A stretch of DNA of 64,000 bases from Octopus sinensis (GCF_006345805.1 NC_043015.1:42904001-42968000); one strand, 5' to 3'; positions 51,136-63,877 are shown, numbered from the stretch's first letter. Numbers and translations: made by a program. Notes: a model not told the origin generated them from the sequence alone.

Positions 51136-51820
51136 AGCAGTCTCCTGGTTGCTGCCCACTTCCTTTCCTGACGTAATTGAGACCAGCTCTCTCTGCAAGT
51201 CTTGGATCTTATATACTTATGTTTAGTCTCTATTGAATTGGTAACACAAGAACCCATAAATTACACGAGACACAACAAAAGCAATTGCACCGCAATCTCT
51301 TTGTACGATGTCTATATACAATACATACATACATACATACGTAACATCATGAAGAGTCCAAGAATTTTGGTGATGATGATTTGTTGGAGTCAAATTTTTA
51401 TCGTTCCCAACAGACAATTTAAACGGTTAACGAAATTTTGCTAAAACTGTTTTATTTATTTCAGTTTATTTTATTTTGTTTTATTTAGTTTTATTTTTTT
51501 TTTAATTTTTGTCTTTTTCGTTGATTGGCTGATACTTCCTGAAGAGTTTACTGGAGAAGGTCATTAAGTTGTCAGTTGGAAACAATAACTGCTTCGAGAC
51601 TTAATCAGTTGGAAGACGATGATAACGATGAAGGTGGAACGCGATGAAGCTGGGTGGCTGGGATGTAGAGGTGAAGGGAAAGAAAGCGGCGATGAGGGTG
51701 GGAGCATGGAATGGAAACGAATAAAAGAAGATCAGCTTTTTGCATTGGTAAGTGAAGATGGTAAGACAATTCTTGAAAGTAATGACCAATGAAGGAAAGC
51801 AGTAACAATATGTATATGTA

Positions 51821-52135
51821 TGGGAGGCGCAATGGCCCAGTGGTTAGGGCAGCGGACTCGTGGTCAGAGGATCGTGGTTTCGATTTCCAGACCGGGTGTC
51901 ATGTGTGTTTATTGAGCGAAAACACCTAAAAGCTCCATGAGGCTCCAGCAGGGGGTGGTGGCGACCCCTGTTTTACTCTTTCGCCACAACTTTCTCTCAC
52001 TCTCTCTTCCTGTTTCTTGAGTAATGCTGTGATGGACTGGCATCCTGTCCAGCTGGGGGGGGGGGACACACACACATACGCCACAGAAACTGGGAAACCG
52101 GGCCCATGAGCCTGGCTAGGCTTGAAAAGGGCAAC
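51821..52135 (+). mobile_element. SINE C, full-length (tRNA head, V-like domain)
   Basis: Box A tggcccagtggtt and box B ggtttcgatttcc. The segment gtgatggactggcatcctgtccag resembles the V-SINE domain. Confidence 0.82.
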
Positions 52136-52384
52136 GTTTTTTATATATATATATATATATTGTTATATGTTTTATCTTATATTTAATCTTTCTATAATAT
52201 GTAATTTCTCTAAATGGTATAATTTAATTTTTCATGATTGAATTGATAAAAGGTGTTTTTTTTCTAATTTATATATATATATATAGTGAATCCAAACAAA
52301 AAGGAACAAACAAGAAAAAACAATAACGCGAGGACATGGTACAAATAATGTATTATCAGATGCTCAGGTAAGGAAGAAAAGAGG

Positions 52385-52420
52385 ATTCAAAGTTTCGAGC
52401 AAAGCTCTTCTTCAGAAATA
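52385..52420 (-). ncRNA. Minimal type I hammerhead ribozyme motif, within Penelope-like repeat 52284-52430
   Basis: Minus strand: tattt CTGAAGA a GAGC ttt GCTC GAAA cTTT gaatc. Confidence 0.6.
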
Positions 52421-52585
52421 GAGGAAAGTCCAGGTATATGGTCAAATAAGGTTCAGGATGAGAGGGCGCAAAGGCTTAAGTGATGCAAGCATCCTAGTTC
52501 TCTTGTACGCAGGAATTTCTTTACATGAATTCGAATCACTTTGAATAATAACGTTCATACTTCAATTTTTCTATTTTCTTCCTTT

Positions 52586-52665
<80 letters not shown>

Positions 52666-52750
52666 ATCCAAACATGAAAATACAACAACGCAAGGACATG
52701 GAACAAGTTTAGTGTTATTGGACGTTCAGGAAAGGAAAGAAAGAAGGAGG

Positions 52751-52786
52751 ATTTAACATTTCGAGCAGAGCTCTTCATCAGAAACA
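52751..52786 (-). ncRNA. Minimal type I hammerhead ribozyme motif, within Penelope-like repeat 52660-52858
   Basis: Minus strand: gtgttt CTGATGA a GAGC tct GCTC GAAA tg TT aaat. Intact CUGAUGA and GAAA, a 4-bp helix II, an NUH site, and a short helix I (guuu/aaau). Confidence 0.68.
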
Positions 52787-53641
52787 CAGGAAAAGGAAAA
52801 ATCCAAGGAAGGGAAGACAGAGGAAAAAAAATCGCCAGCGATACACATGTGGTCACATTATATATACATACATATGGTGTGCTTCTGAACCAACGCTGCG
52901 CACAAGGTATGGCCCAAAGAGCCAATCAACCAAGAACTGTGGTGTGGCTGTGAAACAGACTTCTTCAAAACGGGTCATATCTACAGTGGGTTTGTGTTCC
53001 ATGGACAACCTACAACATTTTTCTATCCAAAAGGGATTCTCAACATGCTATTATATATATAGCTTTATATACGCTTCAAGATCTACAGTTCCAAAAAAGA
53101 ATTATCTCACATTCTCTCGAAAGTCAATAAAACTTCTTATGTCAACAATACAAACATACATACATACAAATATATATATATATACACATACGCACATATA
53201 TATAAACACAAAAGTAGGCATGGCTATATCGATCGGTTTGTCTCGGCTGTTAATCTATTTATCTGTCTGTCTGTGCATGTATATATTCATTTATCTGACC
53301 AGCTCATTATCTAATCATTGATTTGGAGAAAGGGACAAAAAACAAATTACGCAACAGAAAGAAACAACCAGCTTTGCAATCAAGACGAAGTGGGGGATGG
53401 GGAGAAGAGAGAGACGTAAAACAAGACTGTGAGAAAGGAAATAAAGAGACAGAAGAGCAAAAGGAAAGAAGAAGAGAGGAACACAAAGACTGACCCCCCC
53501 TCTCTCACATTATATATATATATATATATCAAGAGAGAATAAAAACAAGCGTAAAAAAATGAGAGGCAGACAGATTGCTACATGGAGATGTATACATCAT
53601 TTACACACACATATATATAAGATGTTGTGTATATATATATA

Positions 53642-53673
<32 letters not shown>

Positions 53674-54021
53674 CATCATCATCATTTAACGTCCCATTTC
53701 CAACCTAGCATGGGTTGGACGGTTCGACCAGGGTCTGTGAAGCCAGGAGGCTGCACCAGGCTCCAATCTGATCTGGTAGTGTTTCTACAGCTGGATGCCC
53801 TTCCTAACGCCAACCACTCCGTGAGTGTGGCGGATGCTTTTTATGTGCCACCGGCACAGGGGCCAGAGGAGGCTGGGAAAGTCAACAATTGGATGGTGCT
53901 TTTTACATGCCACCGGCACGGACATATATATATATATATATATTATCCTCAAACCACACACATATATATCAATATCATTGTTTAACATCCACCTTCCATG
54001 CTGGTATGGGTGGGACTGTAT

Positions 54022-54084
<63 letters not shown>

Positions 54085-55236
54085 AAGGGAGAGAGGAGGT
54101 GGAAATAAAGTGGAAAAATAAAAAAGCAGAGACACTATATACATAACTATATATATATAAATATACATATATAAATGTACATATAAACATATACATATAT
54201 AAATATACATATGTATATACATACACATATAAATATGCATATAAATAAATATATATATATATATATATATATACAGGGAAAGAGAGAAAGAGGGGGAGGG
54301 AGGGAAAGAGAGAGAGAAGGGGAGGGAGAGAAAGAGAGAGATCAATGATATGCAGCCATTAAGTTGGGATGTTCAATTGAAGTTGTTTCGGTTAATACGA
54401 AACCATTCCATTCGTTTCGTTCCATGATTCTGCAAGCGATTTGCTTGCCTGTTTGCAGATAATGTCTTTGTGAATGGTACCATTGCCAGCCCCGTGGGGG
54501 CACTTTGGGGTTGCTTTGTCATAGCCTCTGCCCCCCCCATTTATCAAAATCTTTAGGGATGTTACTCTTTTGAACCTGGTTTTGAACAATATCACCATCA
54601 CTACCACCACCACCATCACCACCACTACCATCACCACCACTACCATCACTACCACCACCACCACCACCACTACCATCACTACCACCACCACCGTCAGCTA
54701 CATCATCGTCATCATAGTAGTAGTGGTGGTAGTAGCAGGAATAAAAATAGTAGTAGCAATAATAGGAGTAGTGGTGGTGTCATCTCAACCTTTAAGAAGC
54801 AAAACCTACAAGTGCTTTTATACTAAAGAAGGTGGATTTATTTTCATGACACACAGACACACACTAAAAACCTTATACAAAACTGCATGAACACACACAC
54901 ACACACAAACATCATCATCATCATCATCTCTTCATTGTTTTAACATCACATTTTCTGTGCTCGCATAAGGTGAAATGAAATTCTTTGAGGCAGATTTTTC
55001 CAAATGCCAGTTGATCTTGTCACCAATCTTGACCAGTTTCTAAGCTGAGCAACATGGCATTTCCCCTTTAGCCTGGACATTTTCTCCCCCATGGATAACC
55101 GAAAAAACAGATGAAACCCATACAAACAAATGTGCCAGTGTCCTTGTAAAGAGTGGAAAACTGGGAAAACTGATCCAGAAAAATCTGTTCAACCCATGCC
55201 AGCATGGTAAAGCGGATAGTTAATGGATGATGATAT

Positions 55237-55345
55237 AGCTCCGCTCGAAACGTTAAATCCTCCTTCTTTCTTTCCTTTCCTGAGTGTCCAATAACACTAT
55301 ACTTGTTCCACGTCCTCGCGTTGTTGTTTTCTCTTTGTGTTTTCA
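55237..55345 (+). mobile_element. Truncated copy of the hammerhead-bearing repeat (3' half of the core only)
   Basis: agctccgctcGAAAcgttaaatcctcc...ttggattaactata is the reverse complement of 52660-52770. Confidence 0.75.
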
Positions 55346-55581
55346 TGTTTGGATTAACTATATACATATATATATCATCATCATCATCATCATCATTGTT
55401 TAACGTCTCCTTTCCATGCTAGCATGGGTTGGATGATTTGACTGAGGTCTGGTGAACCAGATGGCTGCACCAGACTCCAATCTGATCTGGCAGAGTTTCT
55501 ACAGTTGGATGCCCTTCCTAACGCCAACCACTCTGAGAGTGTAGTGGGTGCTTTTATGTGCCACCGGCACAAGGGCCAGTC

Positions 55582-55628
<47 letters not shown>

Positions 55629-55819
55629 GCAATATATTTGCCACCTAAACGTGGTTAACCATTAAGAATTGATGCTACCGTAGCTTGTAGCCCCAGGAAG
55701 ACATCTCCTCCAGCTGGCTATTGATATACTATCTGTGCCCTATCAGTATTTCCAAAGAGAAGTCATCATTCCCCAGAGACTTATATATATATATATATAT
55801 AAATGTATATATATTTTTT

Positions 55820-56012
55820 CAATTCTTTTATTCTTTTATTTGTTTCAGTCATTTGACTGCAGCCATGCTGGAGCACCGCCTTTGGTCGAACAAATCAACC
55901 CCAGGACTCATTTTTTTGTAAGCCTAGTACTCATTCTATCGGCCCCTTTTTGCCAAACTGCTAAGTAACAGCGACCAACATCAGTTGTCAAACGATGGTG
56001 GGTGGGGACAAA
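55820..56012 (-). mobile_element. SINE A, 3' half
   Basis: Reverse complement of the family A tail. Confidence 0.82.
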
Positions 56013-56199
56013 CACATTACGAATACGTATGTGTGTGTGTGCGCTTGGCTAAGTTGTACTCAAGATCACAAGGTTGTGTTTCTGATTCCAGCACTGAGCC
56101 GTGTATTGTATTCTTGAGCAAGACACTTAATTTCCCGTTACCCTGTGATTGCATCAATGTTTTGAGGCATGTGGAACACTATGGACTAAATGCGTAGTG

Positions 56200-56420
56200 A
56201 CATTTCCTCCAGCTCTTTATGTTCTGAGTTCAAATTCCACCTAGGTCAACTTCACTTTCATATTTTTGTGGTCAATTAAAATAAACACCAGCTGAGCACT
56301 TGGGGGTGGGAGTGGGGGGATGTAATTACCTAGTCACCCCCATCTCCCCCCCCCACAAAATTTCAAGCCTTGTACTTCTAGTAGAAAGGATTATTATTAT
56401 TATTATTATTATTATTATTG
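56200..56420 (+). mobile_element. SINE D with (ATT)n tail
   Basis: gttctgagttcaaattcc...aaatttcaagccttgtacttctagtagaaaggattattatt. A similar copy lies at 50320-50490. Confidence 0.78.
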
Positions 56421-57460
56421 AAAGTTCAACCAAAGCTAGTTCATCAAGTACTTTTTTTTTTAAATATTAAATTGTTATTTATGAAACCCTCAAAAGTAAG
56501 TTTGACAGAAAACCAATTAAATAACAAGGGAATTTAATTAAGAAAAAGAGAGAAAGAGAATGAACGAGAGAAAGAAGGGGTAAGAAAGAAAGCGAGAGAG
56601 AGAGAGAGAAAGAGAGAACACACAAGTAAAATTAAATTATCACAAGAAATTTGATTACGAAAGCTAATGATATTAAAACAAATTTTTTTTCATTTTTATT
56701 TTTTAAAATTTTCTCTTTTGAAAACTTGAGACTATTTAGACATAATTGTTACGAAAGGTTAGAATACTGCAATTGACAAATAGTTTTGTAGTAAACTCGA
56801 AGCAAACAGTGGGGAAAAAAATTAAATAAAACAAAACACAAATAGGGCACCAAAGCCAAACATAGGAATTATGATTGAAATCCACACGGAATGAATTAGG
56901 AATCAGAGAGAAATAAAGATGCTATTTAAAATTAAATATTTTAATTAAAGAAACAAAAAGGAATTTTTTTTTTATTAAAAGAAAGCCTCGTTATTTCAAC
57001 TGCTTTGTTTTTCTTTTGTTATTTGTAGAAATTAACACAGATTGACTTGATTTTTTTTTGATGTTTTTTTTTTTTGCTAATTACACAAATACTACTACAC
57101 ATGCCCACGCACACACGTACAGATGCTCATACATTCACAGGTGTACATATTCAAGCATGGGTGTGCGGTTACAGATTTTGTTTTTCAACAAGATGGATCT
57201 AGGTTCAGTCCCACTGTGTGGAACCTTGGGTTTTAAAGCCTCGATAGTGAATTCAGTAAATGGAAACTTAAAGAAGCCCATTATATATATATATATATAT
57301 ATATGTATCATCATCATCATCGTTTGACGTCCACTTTCCATGGGTTGGACGATTTGCCTGAAGACTGGTGAACCAGATGGCTGCACCACGCTCCAATCTG
57401 GTCTGTCAGAGTTTCTACAGCTGGGTGCCCTTCCTAACACCAAATATATATATATATATG

Positions 57461-57956
57461 AAGATCCAATAGAGGTAGAACATGATGAGTAATGGTCAAT
57501 TTGTCAGAAAAAGCAAACGAAAATCACTACATCAGATCTAAAAGGCTCTTAAAGAAATTGAAAAATCCAGCAGAAGATTTAATTTGGTTTCTCTCAAACA
57601 AGGAAAACTTCAACCAAGATCAAAAAGTTAACAGAAGAAACGACAGCTGCTTATGTGCAGACCCTTCTGTAGTTTCAAGTGGTATGCATACAGAATTTCC
57701 TGCAACTGTCATGGTTTTAGGGGTTGTCAGCAATGAAGGACACGTGATGCCCCCTTACTTCTTTCCACAAGGCCTTAGCGTTAACTCTGCTGCCTACATT
57801 GAGGTCCTGGAAATAACTATTAAGCCCTGGATAGACAGTGTATGCAATGGAAGGCTATATGTGTTTCAGTAAGACTCTGCACTATCACACATGGCTCTAG
57901 TAACACAGAAATGGATGGCTGAAAATTTTCATGATCCCATAACCCCTAACATGTGG
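57461..57956 (+). mobile_element. Decayed IS630-Tc1-mariner transposase fragment (DDD catalytic region, maT/DD37D-like)
   Basis: IWFLSNKENFNQDQKVNRRND...FPATVMVLGVVSNEGHVMPPYFFPQGLSVNSAAYIEVL...YVFQ*DSALSH...TQKWMAENFHDPITPNMW corresponds to the FSDEKxF, VFQQDSAPSH and W(PPxSPDLNP) motifs, with the first Asp mutated and an in-frame stop. Confidence 0.88.
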
Positions 57957-59852
57957 TTAGAAAGGAAGCTTCTTGCCACACAGCCATGTATATATATATA
58001 TATGTGTGTTTGTGTATGTGTGGCACGTAAAAGCATCCTGGTGTCATGCAAATGGCAAACGTGCCTGTGGTATGTAAAATCCTCTGTTACACTCATGGAG
58101 TGGTTGGCATTAGGAAAGGCATCCAGCTGCAGAAAACCATGCCAAGTCAGACTGGAGTCTGGTGCAGCATTCCAGCATGCCGGCCCAGTCAAATGGGTCA
58201 AACCAGGCCAGCATGGACAATGGGCATTAAATGATAATACACACACACACACACATGTAGACTTCTACACAGTTCTTCCGTTTACCGATTCCACACACAA
58301 GGATTTCGCCGGCCAGAGGCTATAACCGAATCAATCACCTTAGCCTCTAACCACGGCTGTGCTCATTTACTTAGCCCCTCTACTAGTTAACATTAAGCCT
58401 TCCCAATTAAGGACACCGATTGGTCATCCTAGGGTTTTATCGGTGACCAGCAATATTTAATAGATCCACATGTTTACCACATGTCTAAAGAAAAGTTCTG
58501 CCTTTGTTTCCATTCGTAAACTTATAGGTTAATAATCACTCAAATAATTCTGTTGGTTCTGTTATGCAATAACAAAAAAAAAAGGTATCAGGGGATAGGA
58601 AGGTAACAGGGAAAGTGTGGGGCTAAGTCCAGGGTACATTTGATGTAGCCCTCTTTGTTTTTCTTTTTAACCTACATTTTTTTTTCTTATCTTTTATTAA
58701 TTTTGTTTGTTTTTTTTTTTTTGCTTTTTTTTTTTATCGTTTCCTTATTTCCTTTCTCGCCCTTTGGTGTTTCAGTGTGTTTACGTTCAGTGTATGTACT
58801 TAATGTATTCAGATGTGGATTCTGAACAATCCCGGCTAATTAATATACATCAGACCAAGCCTTAACATATAGATATTTGGGTTTGTGAGCATATACATAT
58901 ATCATCATCATCATCGTTTAACGTCCGTTTTCCATGCTAGCATATATATATATATATACACATTTGTGTATATATATATATATATGTATATTACACACGT
59001 GTATCTAAAAATATATATATATATACACAAATGTGTATATATATATATATATATACATACACACAAACATATATACATACATATACATACCCAGACATAC
59101 ATTCATGCACGTGTATACACATACATAAACACCACATATATTCACATAGATAATAAATAGGTAGAAAATGAGAGAATTGAGTGTGTTTGGCCACAAACAC
59201 ACACGTGTGTGTGTTACGTGTGTATATATATATAGGTAAATAAGTACACAGGTAACAACAAATAGACCAATAGACATAAATAGATGGATAGATATATAGA
59301 CAGACAGACAGACCGAGAGAGGACACAGAGTGGGTGAGTGAGTACATTTGGGTAAACAAAGGAACAACTATTTCAAGCATGCTCCATTATTCAAAGAGAG
59401 TGACTCATTCCAAGAATACTCAATGTTTGTGAGTTCAATCAATTGGTGTGCTGACCCAAGGAATTACTGTGTGTGTGACTGAGTATTGCAAAGACACATG
59501 GTCCACCTGATGTTACCCTCCGGCAGTTTGTATTATGGGCAGCAACAAAATCTAGAAGACTTTCCCCAAAGTTTCTCTTATACTTGGCGCAGGTGTAGGC
59601 GTGGCTGTGTGGTAAGAAGCCTGCTTCCCAACCAGACAGTTCCGTGTTCAGTCCCACTGTATGGCATCTTGGGCAACTGTCTAAAAGAAACTAAAAGAAG
59701 GCTGTCGTGTGTGTGAGTCTGTGCTTGTCCCCACCACCACTTACACACACACACACAGACGCATGCACACACACACACACACACACACATAGGAGGGTAT
59801 TCTTTCTATCTCCCAAACCCACTCACAAGGCTTTGGTTGGCCCGAGGTTATA

Positions 59853-60273
59853 TATTGCTTTACTACCCACAAGGGGCTAAACACAGAGGGGGACAAACAA
59901 GGACAGACAAAGGGATTAAGTCGATTACATCGATCCCAGTGCATAACTGGTAGTTAATTTATCGACCCTGAAAAGATGAAAGGCAAAGTCGACCTCAGCG
60001 GAATTTGAACTCAGAATGTAGCGACGGGCGAAATACCTATTTCTTTACTACCCACAAGGGGCTAAACACAGAGAGGACAAACAAGGACAGACAAAGGGAT
60101 TAAGTCGATTACATAGACCCCAGTGCGTAACTGGTACTTAATTTATCAACCGTGAAAGGATGAAAGGCAAAGTCGACCTCGGCGGAATTTGAACTCAGAA
60201 CGTAGCGACAGACAAAATACGGCTACGCATTTCGCCCGGCGTGCTAACGTTTCTGCCAGCTCGCCGCCTTCAA
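59853..60273 (-). mobile_element. Tandem dimer of SINE D2 inserted in a reverse SINE A copy, with a 15-bp TSD
   Basis: tggcccgaggttata at 59838-59852 and 60274-60288. Two ~185-bp units each start ctttactacccacaaggggctaaacacagag. Confidence 0.88.
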
Positions 60274-60769
60274 TGGCCCGAGGTTATAGTGAAGACACTT
60301 GCCTAAGGACCAAGGGGTTTGAGAAACAAGCTTCTTACCACACAGCCCACACCTGTGCCTATAACTTGTACAACTAGGGTTACATTGTCCAATGTATCCC
60401 GCCTTTTCCATTTTTGTCTTATGTACTTTGAGAGGGATTTGGTTGTTATTTCTAGAAGTCCGTGCTGCCATGTAGGTGTACTCGCCGTCTTTCATCAGCT
60501 CCCAGACCTTTGGATCCAGGCATTGAGAGACTCAAAACAAAAGATAATGAATACAAATGTTTATTTACACATCACTGATAAAAGCCATGAAGATTATAAA
60601 TAGCATGTGTGTGTATGAGTGTGTGTGTGTGTGTATATGAATGTGTGTGAGTGTGCGTGTGTGTGTGAGAATGTAAGCATTTGTTAGTGTGAGCTAGTGA
60701 GACAGTCTTTTTCTGAATGTCTGCAGTTGTGCATGTGAGTGTGGACATGTGTGTGTGTGTGTGAGTGTA

Positions 60770-61405
60770 GGTATGCGAGTATTGGCATTTGTGAGTATGA
60801 GTATTTGTGTGTGTGAGTGTGGGTATGTGTATGTGAGTTTGGGCATTTGTAAGTGTGGGTATTTGTGAGTGAGTGTGGGCATTTGTAAGTGTGGGTATGT
60901 GTATGTGAGTTTGGGCATTTATAAGTGTGGGTATTTGTGTGTGTGAGTGTGGGTATTTGTGTGTGTGAGTGTGGGTATTTGTGTGTGTGAGTGTTGGTAT
61001 TTGTATGCGTAAGTGTGGGTATTTTTGTGAGTGTGGGCATTTGTGTGTGTGAGTGTTGGCATTTGTAAGTGTGGGTATGTGTATGTGAGTTTGGGCATTT
61101 ATAAGTGTGGGTATTTGTGTGTGTGAGTGTGGGTATTTGTGTGTGTGAGTGTGGGCATTTGTAAGTGTGGGTATTTGTGTGTGTGAGTGTTGGCATTTGT
61201 AAGTATCGGTATTTGTATGCGTAAGTGTGGGTATTTTTGTGAGTGTGGGCATTTGTGTGTGTGAGTGTGGGCATTTGTAAGTGTGGGTATTTGTGTGTGT
61301 GAGGGTGGGTATTTGTGTGTGTGAGTGTGGGTTTTTGTGTGTGTGAGTGTGGGCATTTGCAAGTATGGGTATTTGTATGCGAGTGTGGGTATTTGTATGT
61401 GTGCG
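60770..61405 (+). repeat. G/T minisatellite (gagtgtgggtatttgtgtgtgt / aagtgtgggcatttgt), with ~180-bp higher-order blocks
   Basis: Direct inspection. It explains the H/T/P-rich 394-aa ORF. Confidence 0.9.
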
Positions 61406-61478
61406 AGTGTGCATGCATTTTTGTGCATGTGTGTGCATGCACTTGTGTGCGAGCATATTCATGGATTTGGATAAGTGC

Positions 61479-61509
<31 letters not shown>

Positions 61510-62289
61510 CATTCACGAGAGCATGTATTAACAAATGTAAGCATTTGTTAATGTGAGCTAGTGTAACAGTGGCTTCATTAGTTTTATTAGTATGTATGTG
61601 TGTGTCTGTGTGTAAATACATGAATTTGTGAGTGTAAGCACGAGCACCTGTATATGTGTGTGTATGAGAAAGTGTGTACATTTCTGTACACGTTTGTATG
61701 TGTTTCTTCCTCTCTGTTGTTTGCTCAGGACACCAATCTCTGCTGCTTACCATCAATCAGTCATGCTGTTTGCTTAATATTTAGTACAAATGCTTTAAAA
61801 AGTACACAAATATTGATTTAGCATGATCACTCTGCTGTTGTCTGTCTTACATCTTCTTGCCATATTTATATTTCCCTTGCACTGTTCACTGTTTTATTTT
61901 CTCCGTGGCTTTTTAATGTAAATTCATTTGCAAGATAATAAACAGATGAGCCTGTACATGCGAGTGAGTGTGTAATGTGTGTGTGTGTTTAGTTTGGTGT
62001 TTAACATCCGTTTTTCCCATGCTAGCATGGGTTAGATGGAGAGTTACTTGAAGCAGGGATTTTATGGCTGGATGCTCTTCCTGTTGTTTTGCAAGTAAAG
62101 GATTCTAATAATGTTCCACCAAGCTATGAAAGTGCAGAGTGATCGGTCATAATGTCAACAAGAAATGTCAATGTCTGTACCACTTTGTTTACAAAGTGAC
62201 AAGCAAAATATCAACATGTGTACATTTGCATACACCCCCTCCCCACACACAGATAAACACATTTCCAGTTCAGCACAAGCACGCTTGGG

Positions 62290-62570
62290 AGGTAAGAATT
62301 CTGCTTCCCACCTACATGGTTTTTGGTTTAGTTCCTTGAGCAAGTGTCATCTACTATAGCCTCGGGCCAATCAAAGCCTTATGAGGAGATTTGGTAGATG
62401 GAAACTGAAAGAAGCCCACTGTACAACAATTCAGCAAAAAGACTGATAGAATGAGAATCAGGTTTAAAAAGAAAAAAAAAGAAGTACAAGAGTTGATTTC
62501 TTTGACTAAAATTCTTCAATGGAGGACCCCAGGATGGCTGCAATCTAATGACTGGAAACAATTAAAAGTA
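62290..62570 (+). mobile_element. SINE A, diverged and internally deleted
   Basis: Head, CORE-like and tail motifs present. Confidence 0.75.
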
Positions 62571-62575
62571 ACACC

Positions 62576-62719
62576 TCTAAGCCGGAACCGTAGCCGGACC
62601 CGAGTTGTTTTCCAAAAGCGTCTCAACCTCAAGGCGCATGCCTTAGCTCGGCGTTCGCCGTCCGCCCGTCGCGTTCGCGCGGCGAGCGGCAGCGTCGCCG
62701 GCGGAATTGCCATTCAGTG
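62576..62719. other. Unexplained GC/CpG-rich 144-bp insert
   Basis: About 65% GC and about 23 CpG by hand count, against an AT-rich background. Flanked by acacc at 62571-62575 and 62720-62724. Confidence 0.75.
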
Positions 62720-62984
62720 ACACCCATTTATTTCTTAAAGCAACAAGCTCATGTGGTATATTATTTTTTGCAGCCTTCAGACAAGTTGACTTCTACATGG
62801 GTTGCCACAGAAGCCTGCACAGTGCATGGAGATAATCCAGTAGTTGTTGACATGATAATAGTATGATGCAAGATTGGTTTAACTGCAACTGAGAAAACAA
62901 GAGTAAACTAAACAACAGACGCAATTTTGCAGTTTGCCAACTTTATTCTTTGAGACTTTCTAAATATAAATTCTCTGCGAAAGG

Positions 62985-63165
62985 TGGAGCATTGGCAGAA
63001 GCGGTTGCACACCAGACAAAACATTTAGCAGCATTCTTCCAGCGTTACAAACCATGTTCAGATTCAGGTACGTTGACTTGGCCTTTCATCCTTTCAGGGT
63101 CATATAAATTAAGTACCCCCTCTGCCAAAATTTCAAGCCTTGCCCTTGGAGGAGAAAGGATTCTC
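62985..63165 (+). mobile_element. SINE D, diverged
   Basis: ttggcagaagcg...gttgacttggcctttcatcctttcagggtc...aaatttcaagccttg. Confidence 0.7.
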
Positions 63166-63629
63166 TATAGATATTTTGGGGAATTTGGGATTTCTGGTGC
63201 AGCATCATCCTAAAAGACCATCCTACCTTTCAATTTTCAGATTAGCACCATCTACAGAAGTGGGCGAAAAAGTAAACACCTGGATTATATATCTCAATTC
63301 ACCTACTGATATGTACCTTTGACTTGTTTGGGTCAATATCAGACTGTGGCCATGCTGGAGCACTGCCTTGAAAAACTTTTAGGCAATGAGTAAAAGCACC
63401 TATGCGAAGCTATGTAAAAGCACCCGTGTGGTGCCACATAAAAGTGCCTCACTAATTTAAATAAACAGCAGTCAAGTGAAGACGTGACCTAATGGCAAGT
63501 GAACTGACCTCATAATCATAAGGCCATGGGTTCAATCCCTGGACTTGGTTAGCGCCTTGTGTTTTGAGAAAGGCTCTTCCCTTCACACTGCTACAGTTTA
63601 CTCAAATGAAAATGGTAGGATGGACTGTG

Positions 63630-63877
63630 AGGCTCACCAATTATAGATTGACATATTTTGGTCATATTATGCTGAGAAAATCCCTGGAGAAGGACATCAT
63701 GCTTGGAATGGTCAGTGGCAAGACAGGAATTGGCTGACCAAGAACCCACTGGCTTGACACCATCAAGAGTGACATGGGAATGGCCATAGCCAATCTGAAA
63801 GAAGCGACCCAGGATAGAACTGACTGGAGGAACTGATCCATCGAGTAACCAAGAGTCGACTTCGACTGAGCGGATAG
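63630..63877 (+). mobile_element. RTE/BovB-like LINE 3' end
   Basis: RLTYFGHIMLRKSLEKDIMLGMVSGKTGIG*PRTHWLDTIKSDMGMAIANLKEATQDRTDWR, then after a frameshift IHRVTKSRLRLSG*, matching the BovB-type C-terminus. A diverged tRNA-SINE head precedes it at 63480-63615. Confidence 0.85.

Noticed and set aside
50522-51176. Met/Val- or Ile/Thr-rich membrane-protein-like ORFs (also 14003-14344, 31948-32280, 54392-54890)
   Set aside because: These are (CAT/CAC)n trinucleotide fields with no splice or homology support.
57492-57872. Active transposase gene
   Set aside because: The first catalytic Asp is mutated, there is an in-frame stop, both ends are truncated, and no TIRs were seen.
60455-60535. Candidate upstream NUDT3 exon (minus strand, DPKVWELMKDGEYTYMAAR)
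   Set aside because: No similarity to the expected AGVxGxLGRxxGxFE or Nudix-box exons and no convincing splice sites; it abuts a common short repeat.
593-61756. The many long ORFs rich in Y/I, C/V, H/T, S/L, R/E (e.g. 7011-7712, 20414-21280, 46150-47211, 60572-61756)
   Set aside because: They are translations of (TA)n, (TG)n, (CT)n, (GATA)n and related repeats that lack stop codons; they show no domain content.
62451-62720. Arg-rich ORFs across the GC island as real proteins
   Set aside because: They start or end in SINE sequence, and the open frames are explained by high GC content; no recognisable motif.
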